DNA from: Eledone cirrhosa
Taxonomy: Eukaryota
Direction: 5' to 3'
Assembly: GCA_964016885.1 (NCBI GenBank)
Contig: OZ024745.1
Coordinates: 47,244,001 to 47,308,000, forward strand
DNA length: 64,000 nucleotides
Of the stretch, positions 26,180 to 41,037 are shown piece by piece. The notes beneath the pieces were generated by a model, which was not told the DNA's origin, did no database searches, and saw only the letters and a list, made by a program, of their open reading frames with translations. A program made the translations under genes and the position numbers. Numbering within the stretch: the stretch's first letter is position 1; each line of letters begins with the position of its first letter.

Positions 26180-26785
26180 CATCATCATCATAATCTTCAT
26201 TTTACATCTGCTTTTCCATACTTGCAGGAGTTAGACAGGTCTATTCCAGCATGGCCGCCTTCCACTTACAATATTTTTTTCATCAACTCCTCTGTAAGGT
26301 TCAGTTATTGATATCAACTATAACCATTTCTGCTTCAGTCTTTTTCGAACTTCCTCAACTGCAGCTTCCTTCCACTTGACACTTCTTTACCTAGAGTTCC
26401 TCATCTGTAGACATCACATGTCCAAATCAGCACAGTCTTTTCTCTTGCACACTATATCTGATTCCTCTTATACCCAGTTTTTCTCTTAGTTCATTTATGT
26501 CCTATTGTTCATGCACACTAACATTACATACCCAAACAAAGCATTCTTGCCTCATTTTTCTTCAGCCTCCTTATATCCTTATGTCTCACTGCCATGCAAC
26601 ATCAAACTTCTCATACAGGCATCATAGAATCTACCCTTCATTCATAGAGAAAATTCCTTTGTTGTCAACAGATGTAGTAACTCCTTAAACATTTTCCCAG
26701 CCTGTTCTTATTCTAACAACTATGCTTTCAGAGCAACCCCCTTCACTGATAGTTAAGTCACCCAAGTATCAGAAACTACTTCTAT
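26180..26785 (-). mobile_element. Old RTE (family B-like) 3' fragment
   Basis: Degenerate YLGD, GWENV and FGHVM remnants, with a (CAT)n tail. Confidence 0.7.
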
Positions 26786-26790
26786 ATATA

Positions 26791-27004
26791 TTAACCATTT
26801 AGTATTTAAACTGGTCATATCCGGCCAGAATTCTCTCACCTTTTTCAGTTCAAACCGGCTCTAAATGGTTTCTCACATTGATGTTAAGGTATTGTTCTCA
26901 AAATAAATAACACCAGTCACGTAGATTCGATATTATGTGAGATAAAGCCTTTACCATGAACATATAACAGTAAATATAGAATAATGTAAATGCTAATGGG
27001 TTAA
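26791..27004. mobile_element. piggyBac-like MITE
   Basis: TTAA-CCATTTAGTATTTA...TAAATGCTAATGGG-TTAA. Confidence 0.55.
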
Positions 27005-30000
27005 ACAAGATATCACTGTTAGTAAACAAAAAACAAGATGTACAAAACTGAGATTATCTCTCTTGTCTCTAAAACATCAAACTCCATTTATAATTTTCAC
27101 AGTATTTTTATATTTAATATTTTAATATTTTTCTTTATTTTTCAGTCACAGTAAAAAGATGAATTGGAAAGAAAGGATTAACCATATCATTAGGAACATA
27201 AGTTGCTAGTTTAAAATCCTGAACAGATAGAAATGATTTAGTGTCAATCCTATTTTTATTATCAGTAAGTCCAATGTTGATTTGTGATAAGTTTTTTCAG
27301 CTGTTAACACTCTTTCATTAGTTTCAGTTGACAATTGCGATTCCACTGTTTGCTCTATCAGTTTACAATCATTTTCTTTGGACATATCACCTTTTGTATC
27401 TGTAGCTGGTCCTGGTCTGACAGTCTGATTATCAACATCAACATCACTCAGAATTATATTGATTATGTCTAGCTAGGAAGTCTGTAATAGTTTGCAATTT
27501 TTGACCTCGTGTTCTCATAGTAAAATCAAACATGTATCTACAAATTCTTCCAAAATTATTTACCTTGTGTTCTGATAGTAAAGTCAGCATGTGCTAACCA
27601 ATTCTTACTAAATGCTTTTGTATATACCAACTAATTGTTGCAACAAAAAATGAAGACAGGATCACAGTGAATAATAGATATGGAAACAATTTTCTTTTTA
27701 TTAAAATAGGAATTTTGAATAATTTATTATTAATTCTTTACTGAGCCAACAGATTAGCTTCAAGTCAACTGACTCTGTTGCCACACTTCTAGTATGACAC
27801 CTGGTACCATTTGGATGATAGGAAAACTGCTCAAGAATATTGTTTAGTATTGGTTTGAATATGAGGTGAACAATTGTTTGTGCATGAAAAACATAGACTA
27901 GAAAAAAAAAATTTTGTAATCCATTAAAAATTGTCCTTATTAAAATAAATCATAATTGTTTTTATAGCTGTTGTTATATTTACATGTATTTTTTTTAAAA
28001 TGGTAGAGGCGGAAAAAAAAGAAAAAATGAAAGAAAGAAAAACTAATGAATGAAAGAAAGAAAGGAAGAAGGAAAAGAGGAAGGAACGAAAGAAAGAAAG
28101 GAAGAAAAGAGGAAGAAAAGAAAAAGAAAAGAAAGAAAGAAATCAAGCAAAAGAAAGAACAAAAGCAAAGCAGAAACGATGACAGAAAGAAAGAAAAAAT
28201 AAAGAAAATAAAAAATATTAGAAAGAACAGATGCAAGATTTTTTTCACTGAAGTATCCATTATTTTTCGATATTGTTTTCTTCTGAGTGATGATTGGGCC
28301 AATTTTGTTGCAGGAAGTATAGATGATTAGATTGCCTCAGTGTATTACAGATAATTGGTACCTCTTCCATCAGCACCAAGGAGATAAAAGACAAAGTTTC
28401 CAGATTAAATCCAGAACTGTGGTGACCAGTAAATTCTTCAAAGCCTACTATATATATATTTTTTTTATACTGGTTTATAACTGCCCTGAGCAAAGAGATG
28501 AATGCCTCAACTTCTATTGTCTTGATGGAGTTGTAGAAGTGTTTGAGGCATATTAGACTTAGCAGTGCCCATCTCTTACTACTTCTTAGAGAGAGAGAGA
28601 GAGAGAAGAAGAAGAAGACTGAGCTGGTACTTTATAAATTAACCTTGAAAGGTGGAAAGATAAAGTTGTTCTCACTGGGATTTGAACTCATAGAACAGGG
28701 AGCTGGAGTGATAACTGCATTGTATTTTGTCTGATGCTGTAACATCTTTGTCAGTTTGACATCTGAAATGCTTCACCTTCCTATGACTTTAATAAATCAT
28801 AGAGTACCACGAAAACCAAAATCAACAACAAGCAGGTTTCTTTTTTTGGCAAAGCCCACAGATCTGCTTTCTCCTCCTTCTACTTCTTCTACTGTTACCT
28901 GTTACTATAATGGTCTCTGTTCTTTGGAGCTTGCCACCTCATTGTCCATGAACTCATGCTACCACCATTCAAGCACTTCTAACTTAATTGTCTCTCATCA
29001 CCTATCCTCCCCCTCAATGCCCACATTAACCACTATACATAGTCATTCCTGTCCAAAATGTCAGTCATATCTTTCCTAAAGGAGTGAACTTGCAACAATT
29101 GAAAAAGAACATTGGCATCAATCTGTTCAGTGTCAGAGGACCGCTCAGATCTACCAAGTAAAACAAGAAAGAAAAATATAAATTCATGAGAAGAGGGGTA
29201 AAGGAAACAGTGCTACAGTCCTGTTTTCCACAACAGTATTACTAATGCAAGTGAAATGAATTTATGCTAACAGAAAAATGAAATCAAGTTTCTGTTATAA
29301 CTAAAAGCTAACTTCTGGTGCACTAAAAAAAAAATCAATATTATTGATATGATTTCTCTAGGTACTAGGTCAAGTTTTGAAAAGGTGGTTGACGACAGTC
29401 AATTGAATCATTGCTGGATTATATTAGTGGCAGTTAATTTTCCTTTATGCTGTAGTTATGTATATGAAAAGCAAAGTCAGTTCTAGCAGGATGTGAACTC
29501 AAAATATAAAGAGATGAAACTCAATACAGTAAAGTATTTAGTCTGACACTGACACTCTGGTTGTTTCCGCTAAACCTTCCCTTGTTCTATATAGATTGTC
29601 AGATATCAGATATTATCAACAAAATAATAAAAAATAATAAATATAGAAAGAAAAATGCTTCAGATGCAAGACATTTTATAATTGCTTTTAATGTTTTAAC
29701 ATAACAGAAATGTCATCAGTAAAATGAGAAATGATGCATGAAAAGAGAGAGAAAAAATTATGAAGCTCAACAAAAGCTGATAAAGAAAAAAAAATGAATG
29801 ATCACTGAACTTATATATCAATTGAATGGGAGAAAAAAGGTGGGGGTGGGGGAACATACCCTTGATTGAATTAGTGACTTCATTCATATCTGTAGTTTTG
29901 TAACTCTTACTATTGTTGTAGTTAATGCTGTGCTCTTTCTATTCCCTTTCTTGCTGCTGTTGTTGTTGTTGTGCATTCTCTTCCCCTTCCACCGCTCCAC

Positions 30001-30176
30001 TTTTTTACTTCTTGTTTGTTTGATTGTGTTTGTTTACCTCTTACTACTTCTACTTCATCTTATACTACTTAGTAGCTGCAAGGTTACTCAACTGAAATGA
30101 ACATGCTCAAACTTTACAAACTTACCTAATTAAACGTAATATATATATATATATCATTATTATCATCATCATAGAC

Positions 30177-30400
30177 CAGTGGATTGACAGTATCGGTAGA
30201 ATGTCAGACACCATGCTTCACAGCACAGAGTTAGGACCCTTTACAGTCTGAGTTCAAATCCCACCGAGGTTAGCTTTGCCTTTCATCCTTACGGGGGTTG
30301 ATAAAATAAAGTACCAGTAATACACTGGCGTCGATTTAATCGACTTTCCCTTCCCCTTCAAATTGCTGGCCTTGTGCCTAAAGTAGAAACAATTATTATC
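30177..30400 (+). mobile_element. Meta-domain-type tRNA SINE (most complete copy)
   Basis: B box GAGTTCAAATCCC, then GCCTTTCATCCTTACGGGGGTTGATAAAATAAAGTACCAG, with 3' end GGCCTTGTGCCTAAAGTAGAAACAATTATT. Other copies lie near 28620, 29350, 30800-31080 and 33215-33400 (-). Confidence 0.75.
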
Positions 30401-30458
30401 ATCATCATCATCATTGTCATTATTAACGTTGTTGTTTTCATCATCATCATCATTGTTG

Positions 30459-30498
<40 letters not shown>

Positions 30499-32236
30499 TT
30501 TACATCCACTTTTTCAGGACTTACATGGTTGGACAAAACTTTTTGAGGCATTTTTTAAAAATTTTAATGGCCAGAACTTTGGCCCAACCAAGAATATTAC
30601 TGAGCCTGCATTTTCCACTCCAGAGACCATAGTCAACCTTGTCAAATTATGTGACAGGCCATAACACCATATGACCCTTCAATATCTACCACTCCATCCC
30701 TCTACCCCTGTCATCCAATCTGTCAGTTCCTGGGAGTTTCTTCACCACCATATTACTATGTTTGTTTTCCAGGGTTAAGAACATGGACAATTTTAGTAAA
30801 AGAGGTTATAGTTGATTGACCGGAGAAAAATTTGTATATTATTGATATTTATTTTATTGATTTTTTAAAGGTGAAAGATAAATTTGACCCTAGCTTAAAC
30901 TTAGAACCTAAAAGTACAAAACTGATTACTGATTTACACATAAGGCTTGTACATAAAATGATATTAGATTTGTGGGATGGACAAATCAAACCCAGTATGA
31001 CTGGTACTTTATTTTATCGATCCCAGAAGGATGAAAGACAAAGTTGATCTTGGTATGATTTGAGCTCAGAATTTGAACTCTTTCACCTTTTACTAAAGGT
31101 ACAAAATTATAAATTATATTGCAATCTTCTTCTCCATACCGTCCTCTTACTGTTTACCCCCCACCCCCACTAATCTCCTCATTTATATCTTTGTCTTCAT
31201 TCTACCCTTTTTTTTTTTTTGCCTTTCAGCCACTGACCTTCGAGAGGTAAAAGTATACACTGGCTGTATCAATAGTAAACAACTGTTCTGATTTACCAGA
31301 TTAAGAGGCTATGGAAAAGTTCTGTATACTGCAATTCTTCTCCAAAATAAATTATAAACGATGCAGTTTTTTGAAATTGAACCCATTACCTTATGATAAT
31401 GAGTACAGCATCTTAACCACTAGACTACGTACTTTAAAACAATAGTTCGAATCGTAATTTAAGTATCAACATTTTGAATAGTTCTCACAAATGAGTTGTA
31501 TTGATAAATACGAAGTGGCTAGCTGTTGACATTTTACAAATGATATAATATTTAAGGTTATTTTTGGAAGTTCATTTCAAAACAATATTGTTTTCTACAA
31601 TGAATGTTTAACTATTTCCATAACTGGGTTTAAATATGGACCATGTACATAGGGTATCATAAAGCAATGCCATCAAAAATAAATACAGTAGACTTTTACA
31701 TATGTAATATCATGAATTGAAAAACTTTGATGAACTGAGAATACACAAACAATTAGTAGACAAAAACTTCAGCTGTTTCAAAATCAAATAGAAAACAAAA
31801 CAAATAAGGGAGATAACACTAATAGGAATACTTGATAGAAGGTCAGATCATTAGTATATAATTAGTAATTTTCATTTTTATTATATTGAAGGATATTACT
31901 GCTGAAGCTGGGCTTGATACTGGGAGAACTAGCACTGATTCAGTTCATTTCTGCAAACATGAATGTATTCATTGGACATCATCATTGTTTTTATGTCCAC
32001 TTCTCTATGCTGGCATGAGGTGGATGGGATATCTTAAGAATGTATTTCATTGTTCTTGTGGCAAATTTTAATGAGAGAGCTGTAAAAGTAGATATAAGGC
32101 ATATTAGGTCATGTCTATTTTTAGAACATTTTGATTTAAATGTGTATTTTGGGTGTTATTGTGACTTCTTGTATCAAATTGGTAATTATCCTGTTCACTG
32201 TAGATTGCTGTTTTTATTTCTCTATTTCAATTTGCA

Positions 32237-32885
32237 TGGCTTCAAGATGTGTATGTCACAATGACCCAGATCACTTTTGCTACATCCCTGGGGAATATGT
32301 ATTCAGGCACTGTAGGAGAAAAATCATGACATTCATACTATCAAGAGAGAAGGATTACTTCAAAATAAAACTTGGAGACCAAGATAAATATTTTGCTCTA
32401 CATATTGTATGCAAAGGTTGCAGTGATCGGTTTTCCATATGGTCCAGTGGCAAGCTGAAGTAAATACCATTTACCACTCCAATGACTTAGAGAGAACAAA
32501 GCAACCATTCTACTGATTGCTACTTTTGCATTGCTAATGTTAAGGGGTTCAATAAGAAAACTGCAAGTATCCTAATTTTCCATCTGCTATAAGACCATAG
32601 CCATATGAAGAAGAAATTCTTCTGGTGTCAAGCAATCAACCAAAGATGAAACTAGATGTGAAGATCAAATGATTTTCAAATTCCTCATTTATGCCCTAAA
32701 ATAAGTCAAGAACAACTGGATGATTTTATTCAGAAGTTGAAACTTTCTGCCCAGAGAATTTGGTGTCTTAGTTCAAGGAACCAAAACAACAGCGTACAAG
32801 CACCAAGAGAAGGAATTTGTTGAATTTTTTAACACACAGGATGAACTGGGTTTGGTTTATTGCACGGACATTACTGGTTTGATTA
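32237..32885 (+). pseudogene. Decayed DNA-transposon-type protein, N-terminal part
   Basis: MASRCVCHNDPDHFCYI..YFKIKLGDQDK..HIVCKGC..REQSNHSTDCYFC. This Cys-rich N-terminus resembles a widespread invertebrate transposase family. Stops and frameshifts are present, and the superfamily is uncertain. Confidence 0.65.
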
Positions 32886-33960
32886 ATAGCAATTAATTAT
32901 AATTTAGTACATTAATAAATTATATGCAATGTTAACAAGATTAGACACTTTTCCTGTAAATGTAGTGTATGTAAGATATCTTGTAGATCAAAATGTAGAC
33001 ACGATGGAGCAAAATGGATTTCATATTTATACAGAACACACTAAAATTAACTAGTATGACCTAAAGTAATGTTTGCTAAAAATTTAGTGTCATACTAGAG
33101 TTGATATAACTGAATTTTCTTTTCCCCTAAATTGCTTACCTTGTACCAATGTTAAAAAGTACTATTAAAATGATATTTGTAATATCACACTTAATAAAAG
33201 GCTTATACATAAAATAATTGTTTCTACTTTTGGCAAAAGGCCAGCAATTATCCCAGAGCATTACTGGTACCTTATTTTATCGACCCCGTAAGGATGAAAG
33301 GCAAAGTTAACCGTGGCGGAATTTGAACTCAGACTGTAACTCTACACTCCATAGCATGGCATCTGACCCTCTACCGATACTGTTAATCTACCACCCTTAT
33401 ACATAAAATAACGCTGGAAGATTTTAATTTATACAGAAACCCTTAAAAAAGGGATATTTATTTTTCATGGAACCAGAGGCAATTTTGGATGCATTCGTAT
33501 TGAAAGGGTTAAATAAGAACTGAGCAGGTGAGTTGTGTTGACAGAAGATCACATTATAGTTCACTATAGCTAGAGTTATGTTAATTGGTAGAGGGAATGG
33601 CTTTCAGCATTAACCAATTAATCATCTTAATTACATTGAGTTATTGCCTGAATTGAAACTTGTATAGCACACTTAATTGGGGAAAACCTTAAATGTCAGC
33701 ACATTCCATTTCATCTCCTGGCTATGAACTGTTTATATGCTTCACCACTTTCAACTAATGAACTCTCTACATCCCAACCACAGGGAATTTAACCCAACAT
33801 ATATAAACATTAGTTTTCTCTTGAGTTGGATAGACTTTTTAGTCTGTTCAATTGTTACTGTTAGCATTGGCTGAGTTATCTGGACTCTCTAAAGACAGGT
33901 TGGTCAATGATGGGCTGTTGACTTTTCCGTGAGCCTCTGATCTTGTGTGAGAGAGAGAGA

Positions 33961-33994
<34 letters not shown>

Positions 33995-34315
33995 GATTTT
34001 ATTAAATATCAATCATCATCAATACTAATTTTGGTTGCTTGGTCACACTAAAAATGTCATGCTGCCTTATATGAAATTAATCAATATGTTACATCTGTAA
34101 TTAATTAATAGTTAAATAAACAGAATTGTTGTTATTGATAACGTATTTATTACACATATCCAAATGAGAATTTTGTTTTATTCAATTTTATTTTAATTGA
34201 CTAAATGTTTTTATTTTGAAAATAAGTATTCATTTAATTATTTTGTATAAGCACCAGGAAATTTGAAAAAAACAAATTATTACTACTGTATCTATGTAAC
34301 CACACCTGATAATTA

Positions 34316-34664
34316 CACTTGGGTCTCGAATAATGCCCCCCCCCCCCCCCCCCCACTCCTATTAATTTTCTAAATTTTTTCCAATCCCCCTTTTATTCCA
34401 ATGCACCCGCTTATTTTGCTAAATTTTGCTAATCTTTCTCTGGCAAAATTTTATGACAAAAAAAGTACATTACTAAAAATCTCATACGTTATAAAATAAA
34501 TAGGATGGGTTGGGGTCTCAGTATGTAAACTAAATGGCTAATTCTGTTTTCTTTTAAAAAATCATCAGAAACAACCTAGAAAAATTACCGATATTCCACC
34601 CCACCCACCACTTATTCCAACCGTTCTGCTTATTCCACTCCCACTATTATTTAGGACCCGAAAG
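34316..34664. mobile_element. TA-flanked MITE (Tc1/pogo-like)
   Basis: TA-CACTTGGGTCTCGAATAAT...ATTATTTAGGACCCGAAAG-TA. Imperfect TIRs. Confidence 0.55.
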
Positions 34665-34734
34665 TACCCAAGATTATTCACAGTGACCAAAATATATTTC
34701 CAACATGGTCAATCATATGTTTAGTTACACCTTA

Positions 34735-37256
34735 GATGATTAGATATTGTGATAGAATTCCAGAATAACGTCCAAACTGGCTTGAGTTCTACGACTCTGG
34801 AGATGTCAACACTGTACTCCAGAACACCCTGAGCTCAATATGGACAGCATGTGCAGCATCGGTGCCACGTAAGCAGAAAAAACATCCTAAAAGTGCAATT
34901 TGGGAGACTGCAGCAGTCCGTCTTGCCAGAAAAGAACATCGTAATACTGAACGTGAGTACAAACTGCATAAATCAGATATCAATAGGAAGAAGCGAAATA
35001 AATCATCCAGCTATCTCAAACAGGTGACAAAAAAGACAGTGCTTCAATTTGAGCAGCGCATAGCAACCAGCTCTGACAGTAAGGTGTTCTGGAAGTATGT
35101 TCACTCAAAGCAGAGGCTTCACTCTCCAGTTGGTCCTCTTCACAATCCCCACACAAGTCAGGTTACTGACGATTCCAAGGAAGGCATTTTCACTATTGAA
35201 GACCAGAGTGTACCGTCTCCACCACCTCTGACATCGGATTCTATTACAACTATGGAATTTACACCTGCAATGCTGCAACGTCACCTTAAAAATAAACACA
35301 ACCATGCCTCTCTTGGTCTTGATCGTGTTACGTACCTGCTTCTCAAACGTGGTGGGTTCTTCCTTCTGCACCAGCTATCACGCTTCTTCCAATTCTGTCT
35401 GAACAATGGTGCTACTCCAGAACAGTGGAAAACTGCCAGTGTCATTCTTCTTTTCAAAAAGGGTGGCCGCACATCACCTATGAACTATCATTCAGTCAGT
35501 CTTACTAGCTGCATTGCCAAACTGATGGAATCCTGTGTCAGAGAAATGCTTTGGAACTTCTGGAACTCTCACAGTCTTATCTGGCCCTCAAAATTTTGAT
35601 TTATCCCTAACTCCAGCTGCTGTGATCAACTTATCGAGTTTCTTGAAGACATCACCCGGATCACTGATGGCGGCTCATGGGTGGATGTTGTTTAGCTTGA
35701 CTTTGCGAAAGCTTTCAATTCTGTGCCACACAAAAGACTTATGGCAAAACTCGCTGCAATGGGAGTGAAGAATGATATTTTTAACTGGTTGAAGTCCTTC
35801 ATTCTCAGTCGAAGAGAGGTAGTCACAGTTCTAGGACAGCATTCCTCACCATATGAGATGTCATCTAGTGTACTACGGGGATCTGTTCTTGGCCCTCTTT
35901 TGTTTGTGGCATATATTAATGACATAGATGCCAACTTAAAGAATGCCACAGTACTGAAATATGCAGATGACATCAAGCTGTATCTTGAGATAAAAAGGAC
36001 AGATCCTGAACACTTTAGATCTTGCTTGCAATCTGACCTAGACACAATGCAACAATGGATCACAGACTGGCAACTCAAGCTAGCTGTGGACAAGTGCACC
36101 ACCATGCATTTTGGGAGTAAAAACCCAGCGTCTACATACTCCCTCCACAACACTAATATCAAGAAGTCTTCTTGTGAACGTGACCTGGCCAATACAGTCA
36201 GCAGTGATTTGTGGTTAGAGCATTGGCCTTGCAATCGAAAGGTTGTGAGTTCAATTCTCAGACCGGGTGATGTGTTGTTTCCTTGAGCAAGACACTTTAT
36301 TTCACATTGCTCCAGTTTACTCATCTGTAGAAATGAGATGATAGGGACTGGGGTCCATATCATTCCACTGCAAAGTGGTCATGGAGGTGCCACAGCAAAA
36401 TAGCACCCAGTACTCACTGTAAATGAGGTTGGTGTTAGGAAGGGCATCCAGCTGTAGAAATCAAGCCAAAATCAGTTCCCGTCCCACCCTTGCAGGCAGG
36501 GAAAGAGCGGACGTAAAATGAAATGATGATGATGATGAAATGAAGCACGTCTCTAAAATTGTCAAGAAGGCCGAGTGTGTCTTAGCATCACTCAGCAAGA
36601 CCTTTGTCAGCCGCTCTCCAGCTATCTATTTATGGCTGTATATAGCTATGGTGCGGCCACACTTAGAATTTGCATCACCAGTCTGGAACCCCTATCTTGC
36701 TCAGAACATTGACCGCCTGGAAACTGTTCAGAGATGTGCAACCAAGCGAATACCCTCCATCAGGCATCTACCATACTCTGAACACCTTGCTTCCCTGGGC
36801 ATGGATACATTGAAGCTCCGACGTCTGGCAACTGACTTGGTAAACACCCACAAAATTGTTAACCATCTTGCCAACAACAACCCTGAGTACCTTTTTGATT
36901 TCCATGTATCTAACACACGTGGGCATGCCCACAAAGTCAGAAAACAGCACAGCTCCCATGACTTTCGGAAACATTTTTTCACACTCAGAGTTGCTGAAGC
37001 ATGGAACAAACTACCTGCATCAGTTGTTAGCTGTCGAGACACTGCATCCTTTAAGGCCTCCATGCTTCCCAAGATTCGCCAACATTACACCTAATATTCC
37101 CCCTCCATACACACGCACACATGTATATCATGACTCATACACTATTCACTTCCCTGACATTTGTATATTATTCTATGTACTATACATGCACCTTTGACGA
37201 GTTGTAGTACACCTGAGTACTGTACACAATAATTTCATTATTATTATTATTATTAT
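34735..37256 (+). mobile_element. CR1-clade LINE, 5'-truncated pseudogene, interrupted by a SINE
   Basis: Motifs KVFWKYV, WKTASVILLFKKG..NYHSVSLTS, LDFAKAFNSVPH, GSVLGPLLF, KYADDIKL, ERDL, VRPHLEFASPVWNP and TRGH..FFTLRV..WNKLP. (ATT)n tail. Confidence 0.92.
36211..36538 (+). mobile_element. CORE-SINE with RTE tail nested in the CR1
   Basis: Splits the CR1 between ...VSSDL and KHVSKIVKKA. Same family as 3444-3828. Confidence 0.88.
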
Positions 37257-38679
37257 AATTTTTGCTTTTTCTTGCAAAGAGCAGACCTGCCCCCCCCCCC
37301 CCCCCTCGTCCAACGGGGAGATCTCCCACCCACTTTGGAGTAGGTGAGAGATGTCTTAGCTTGTGAAAATGGGTATAGCTTTCATTATGTAAAATTATTT
37401 CCTCATTTTGCCTCATTTCTCCCCCGTTTTGGGGTCCCTTTGTTCATGGTAATCCCTGTTTGCGATTTTAGAGGTTGGCAGATCTGAAAGAGTGTCACCT
37501 GTAACCAGATATAAACAATCAATGTCTAAAAAATACTTTTATTATCAATATTTTTGTTCTTTATCTCTTAACATCCTGTAATGATTTATAGCAGGGAATA
37601 TCTAAAAATGGATTTGTTCATTCAAATGTTTATAGTAAATATCTAAAAGTAAGCTTGTTGATTCAAATCAAAGCATCAGTCTTTTAATTTTTATAGAAGC
37701 ATTCTTTTATCATTTGTTTAAGAAATATTTCTTTATATTTAAAAAAAAAAAAAAAAATAGCATCTCATATTTATGTAAAATGTAACTACAAAATGATAAT
37801 GCTTTCATTATTGAATAAACTTTATTTTCAATATTTTACTCAGATATTCTGCAATAGAGCCAAATTTTCTCCCTTTTGTAGTAAGAGAAGCATTAGCAAT
37901 TGTTGAATGTTATAATATCTGCAGGATATTTCCAATGTTGAATGGTTTGACAGAACAATTAGAAAGCTATTCAGAGTAGTTGTTACCAAAGGAAAATTCT
38001 AGAATATTGAAATGTGGAAATTTATCTTATATTATAGAAAAAACACTTCAGGCTAGTCTCGATACTATGTTTTGGATGTCAATAGAGAGTCAAATTTGGG
38101 CATATAAACATTGCACTAAAACATCTTAATAAGGTGCCACAGAAAATCAAGGCATCAAGGAAAAATACTATTAAACAATATGCCAATCAAAGGTTAAAAA
38201 TGTCAGCTGCTAAAACGATTGATAGAGTGGTTGTGACACATCAATATCTCAACAAAGTTTCAGGATATGATTCTAGATGAGTGACCGTATCCATTGGCTG
38301 TGAACTCCTGGTGAAGTGATCTTTAAGCTTCCTATTGCTTGTCTTCTTATGGGGAAACCAGAGGGCATAACTGGGTTAGAGAATGAATAGCAGCTTTGAT
38401 TAGAGAAGTTGTCAGCTATGATATTTACTAAGTTGCCCATTGTTAGTAAAAACAACAACATGCAAATAAAAAAATAAAAGCAAAAAAAAAATTATAGAAT
38501 ACACAATTCTATATTGTAAATAGTAGGTATAATTGTGTGTGTGTTTGTATGTGTGTAACAGTTAGTTGTCTAATACACATATCAATGAAAACAGTGCTCT
38601 GTATTCAGTGAATTTCAAGAAAGTTAATGATAGTGTTCTTTTCAATGGCTGATAATACCTTACCGGCGCCAATCGAGTA

Positions 38680-38850
38680 AGGTATTTAACCCATAAATGG
38701 GGCCCTAACAGCTACTACTACTCCGGGCCAGAGCAGACCTGGCAGTGATAACAACTAAGGGGTAACTCCACATTCCCCCACAGCTCCTGAACTCCTGAAC
38801 TGGAGCTTTGCCACTGGATACAGTTTAATGTCATACCCAGGACATCTCGG
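38680..38850 (-). mobile_element. Ceph-SINE-like fragment
   Basis: CCCTAACAGCTACTACTACTCCGGGCCAGAG..GTTTAATGTCATACCCAGGACA resembles, from memory, the coleoid Ceph-SINE body in reverse. Confidence 0.5.
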
Positions 38851-39094
38851 GAATTTTACCCATCCTAGATAGAGATAGATAAGGGTGGTGTAATATCATT
38901 AATCATATTACCAAGGTCCTCACTTGGTTATCCATGGTAGAAGTAGATAAACCAGTTGGGATTATTTTGTGTCAGTTTGATGCATATCAACATCTGGGCA
39001 TTAGAGAGAGGCAGCAACTTCAAGTCGAGGAAGAGAAATTAAATATAGAAAAAAATAGTAAAGAGGTGAGAATGAGTTATAATAGAAAGCAGTA

Positions 39095-39630
39095 ATCATC
39101 ATCATCATTATTTTATGTCTACCTTCCATGCTGGCATGGGTTGGACAGGTTGTCATGCCTCTAGGCTACTTAGATCAGAGAGACCTTATCTTGCTCATAT
39201 GTCCCATATTTGGCATAGTTTCTATAGCTGGATGCCCTTCAGAACACCACTCACCTTATAGGGTATACTGGGTGTGTTTATATTGGCACCAGCACTACCA
39301 CTTTACAGAGTGTACTGAGTGCATTTTATCATGACACTAGCATTAGAGAAGTTGCTCTCTATCCTGTATTGGCTCTATTTGATTGCCAACCACATTAGTC
39401 TCTAATTTTTTGCTATTCTGAGTTTTAGTGCCACAGTGTTTGTAGTGGTGGGCAGGTCTTTTCTAGTATGGCCAATCAGATTTTGCATTGTCTCCTTTGT
39501 TGGGTTATTTTTCACAACTTTGACCCATGTCTTCCTTGGTCTCCCTCTTCCACAGGTCTCATCCACTTGGAGAGCTTAGCACTTCTTTATACAGTTCTTG
39601 CTCTCTTTACTCATCACATGCCTATACCTA
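39095..39630 (-). mobile_element. Old RTE-related 3' fragment
   Basis: (CAT)n tail, CTGGATGCCCTTC module and a GRPRKTW remnant at ~39530. Confidence 0.6.
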
Positions 39631-40982
39631 GACAATCATTGGATAGAATTAACAGAACTCAAGAGGTGAAGAGTAACAGTTATATTTCTCTTCATTGTTC
39701 TCATTATGAATCTTTTTGAATTATCCAAATAAATTTTCTTTTTTACACACATTTATGAACAATAGCCTCTTGAACCAATTAGACATAATGTTTCAATGAC
39801 TGAGTCATTGATTTACAACTTATAACTACTTTGTCTTTCATTTTCTTCATTGCTCTCATTATGTTTTGGTTTTCAGTTATGTTTTGGTTTTCAGAAGAAA
39901 AAGCTTCTTTCGATGGGTTTGGATTTATAAGCTCTTAAAGTGTTAGTGTTGTTAAAGAACTATTGTTAAGCTGTTGTATCTTCCACTTAAAGGAATATTT
40001 GCCACTAAACTATAGTGAACTTAACTAAATATATTGCTATGAGTGACAAGCAATCAATATGTTGTATTGTCCATACTTTCTCCAAGGGCATCAGCAATGT
40101 AAATGAAGTCAAACAGTTTAACCTGAAAATGGAATCCTGGTCATAAATTCAGTGCATGGAGATCTTACTACCACACCATGACCTTGGAACTCTCATGCAA
40201 CAGTAACAAATCCTTTGCTTTCTTTATATGGAAAGAAATGGAATGTTATGGACTTCATGCTTTTCCCAGCTACAGTAAAATTATAAATGTGAAAGCTTCT
40301 TATCTCCTTTCTGTAATGACTTACTTTTGAAACTTTAATCAAGCCAATGAAAAGTTGTTTTCTTTTTTGGTAGCTTAGTTGTTAAGTGTGTATTTGATGT
40401 ATCAATGTGTGTTTATTATATTAAATGAATGGATTCAAAAAGGCACTCAATACATATGTGAAAGTGATGTCCAAATGAGTATCCTCCACCACCAACTAAT
40501 TTACCCTATGCCTCAGGGTCTCGGTCGACAGGGTGGAGAATGCATTGCCACAGAGGACGGCAAGGGAGACACACTGGAACAGCCAGTTGACCTCGTGGGG
40601 CTCACTATTAACTTGTATTTTTCATGGCTAAATAACAAATCTTTTAGCACTGCTGTGCATCATTCCCAAGACTTTATCTTTTATCCAATATCAGCAATGG
40701 AAAAAGGACATGGATTGGCTATATAATTAGCTTTAACAAACCCCTATTTCATTCATTCAATCTAATTCATTCTGTCACTCAACAGTGGCATTATATTTAC
40801 TTCTGCATTCACAGATTGATTTATTTTAGTTTCAGAAGATCCCATTAAGGGTGCAAGCAACGATTCTTTGCTTAAACTTTAATCTGTTATTTTAATAAAT
40901 ATTTGCTCTAGGGTTCTTATATATTTGATATATATTTATCCTTATCGAGCCCTCTTTGGATTTTAGTCTTCACATTTATTAT

Positions 40983-41037
<55 letters not shown>

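Noticed and set aside
27121-27270. Acceptor/donor-like pair (also ~15460-15520)
   Set aside because: No recognisable protein. Such motifs are frequent in AT-rich DNA and need RNA evidence.
28010-28230. Lys/Arg/Glu-rich and Phe-rich ORFs
   Set aside because: These come from a purine-rich (GAAA)n low-complexity tract.
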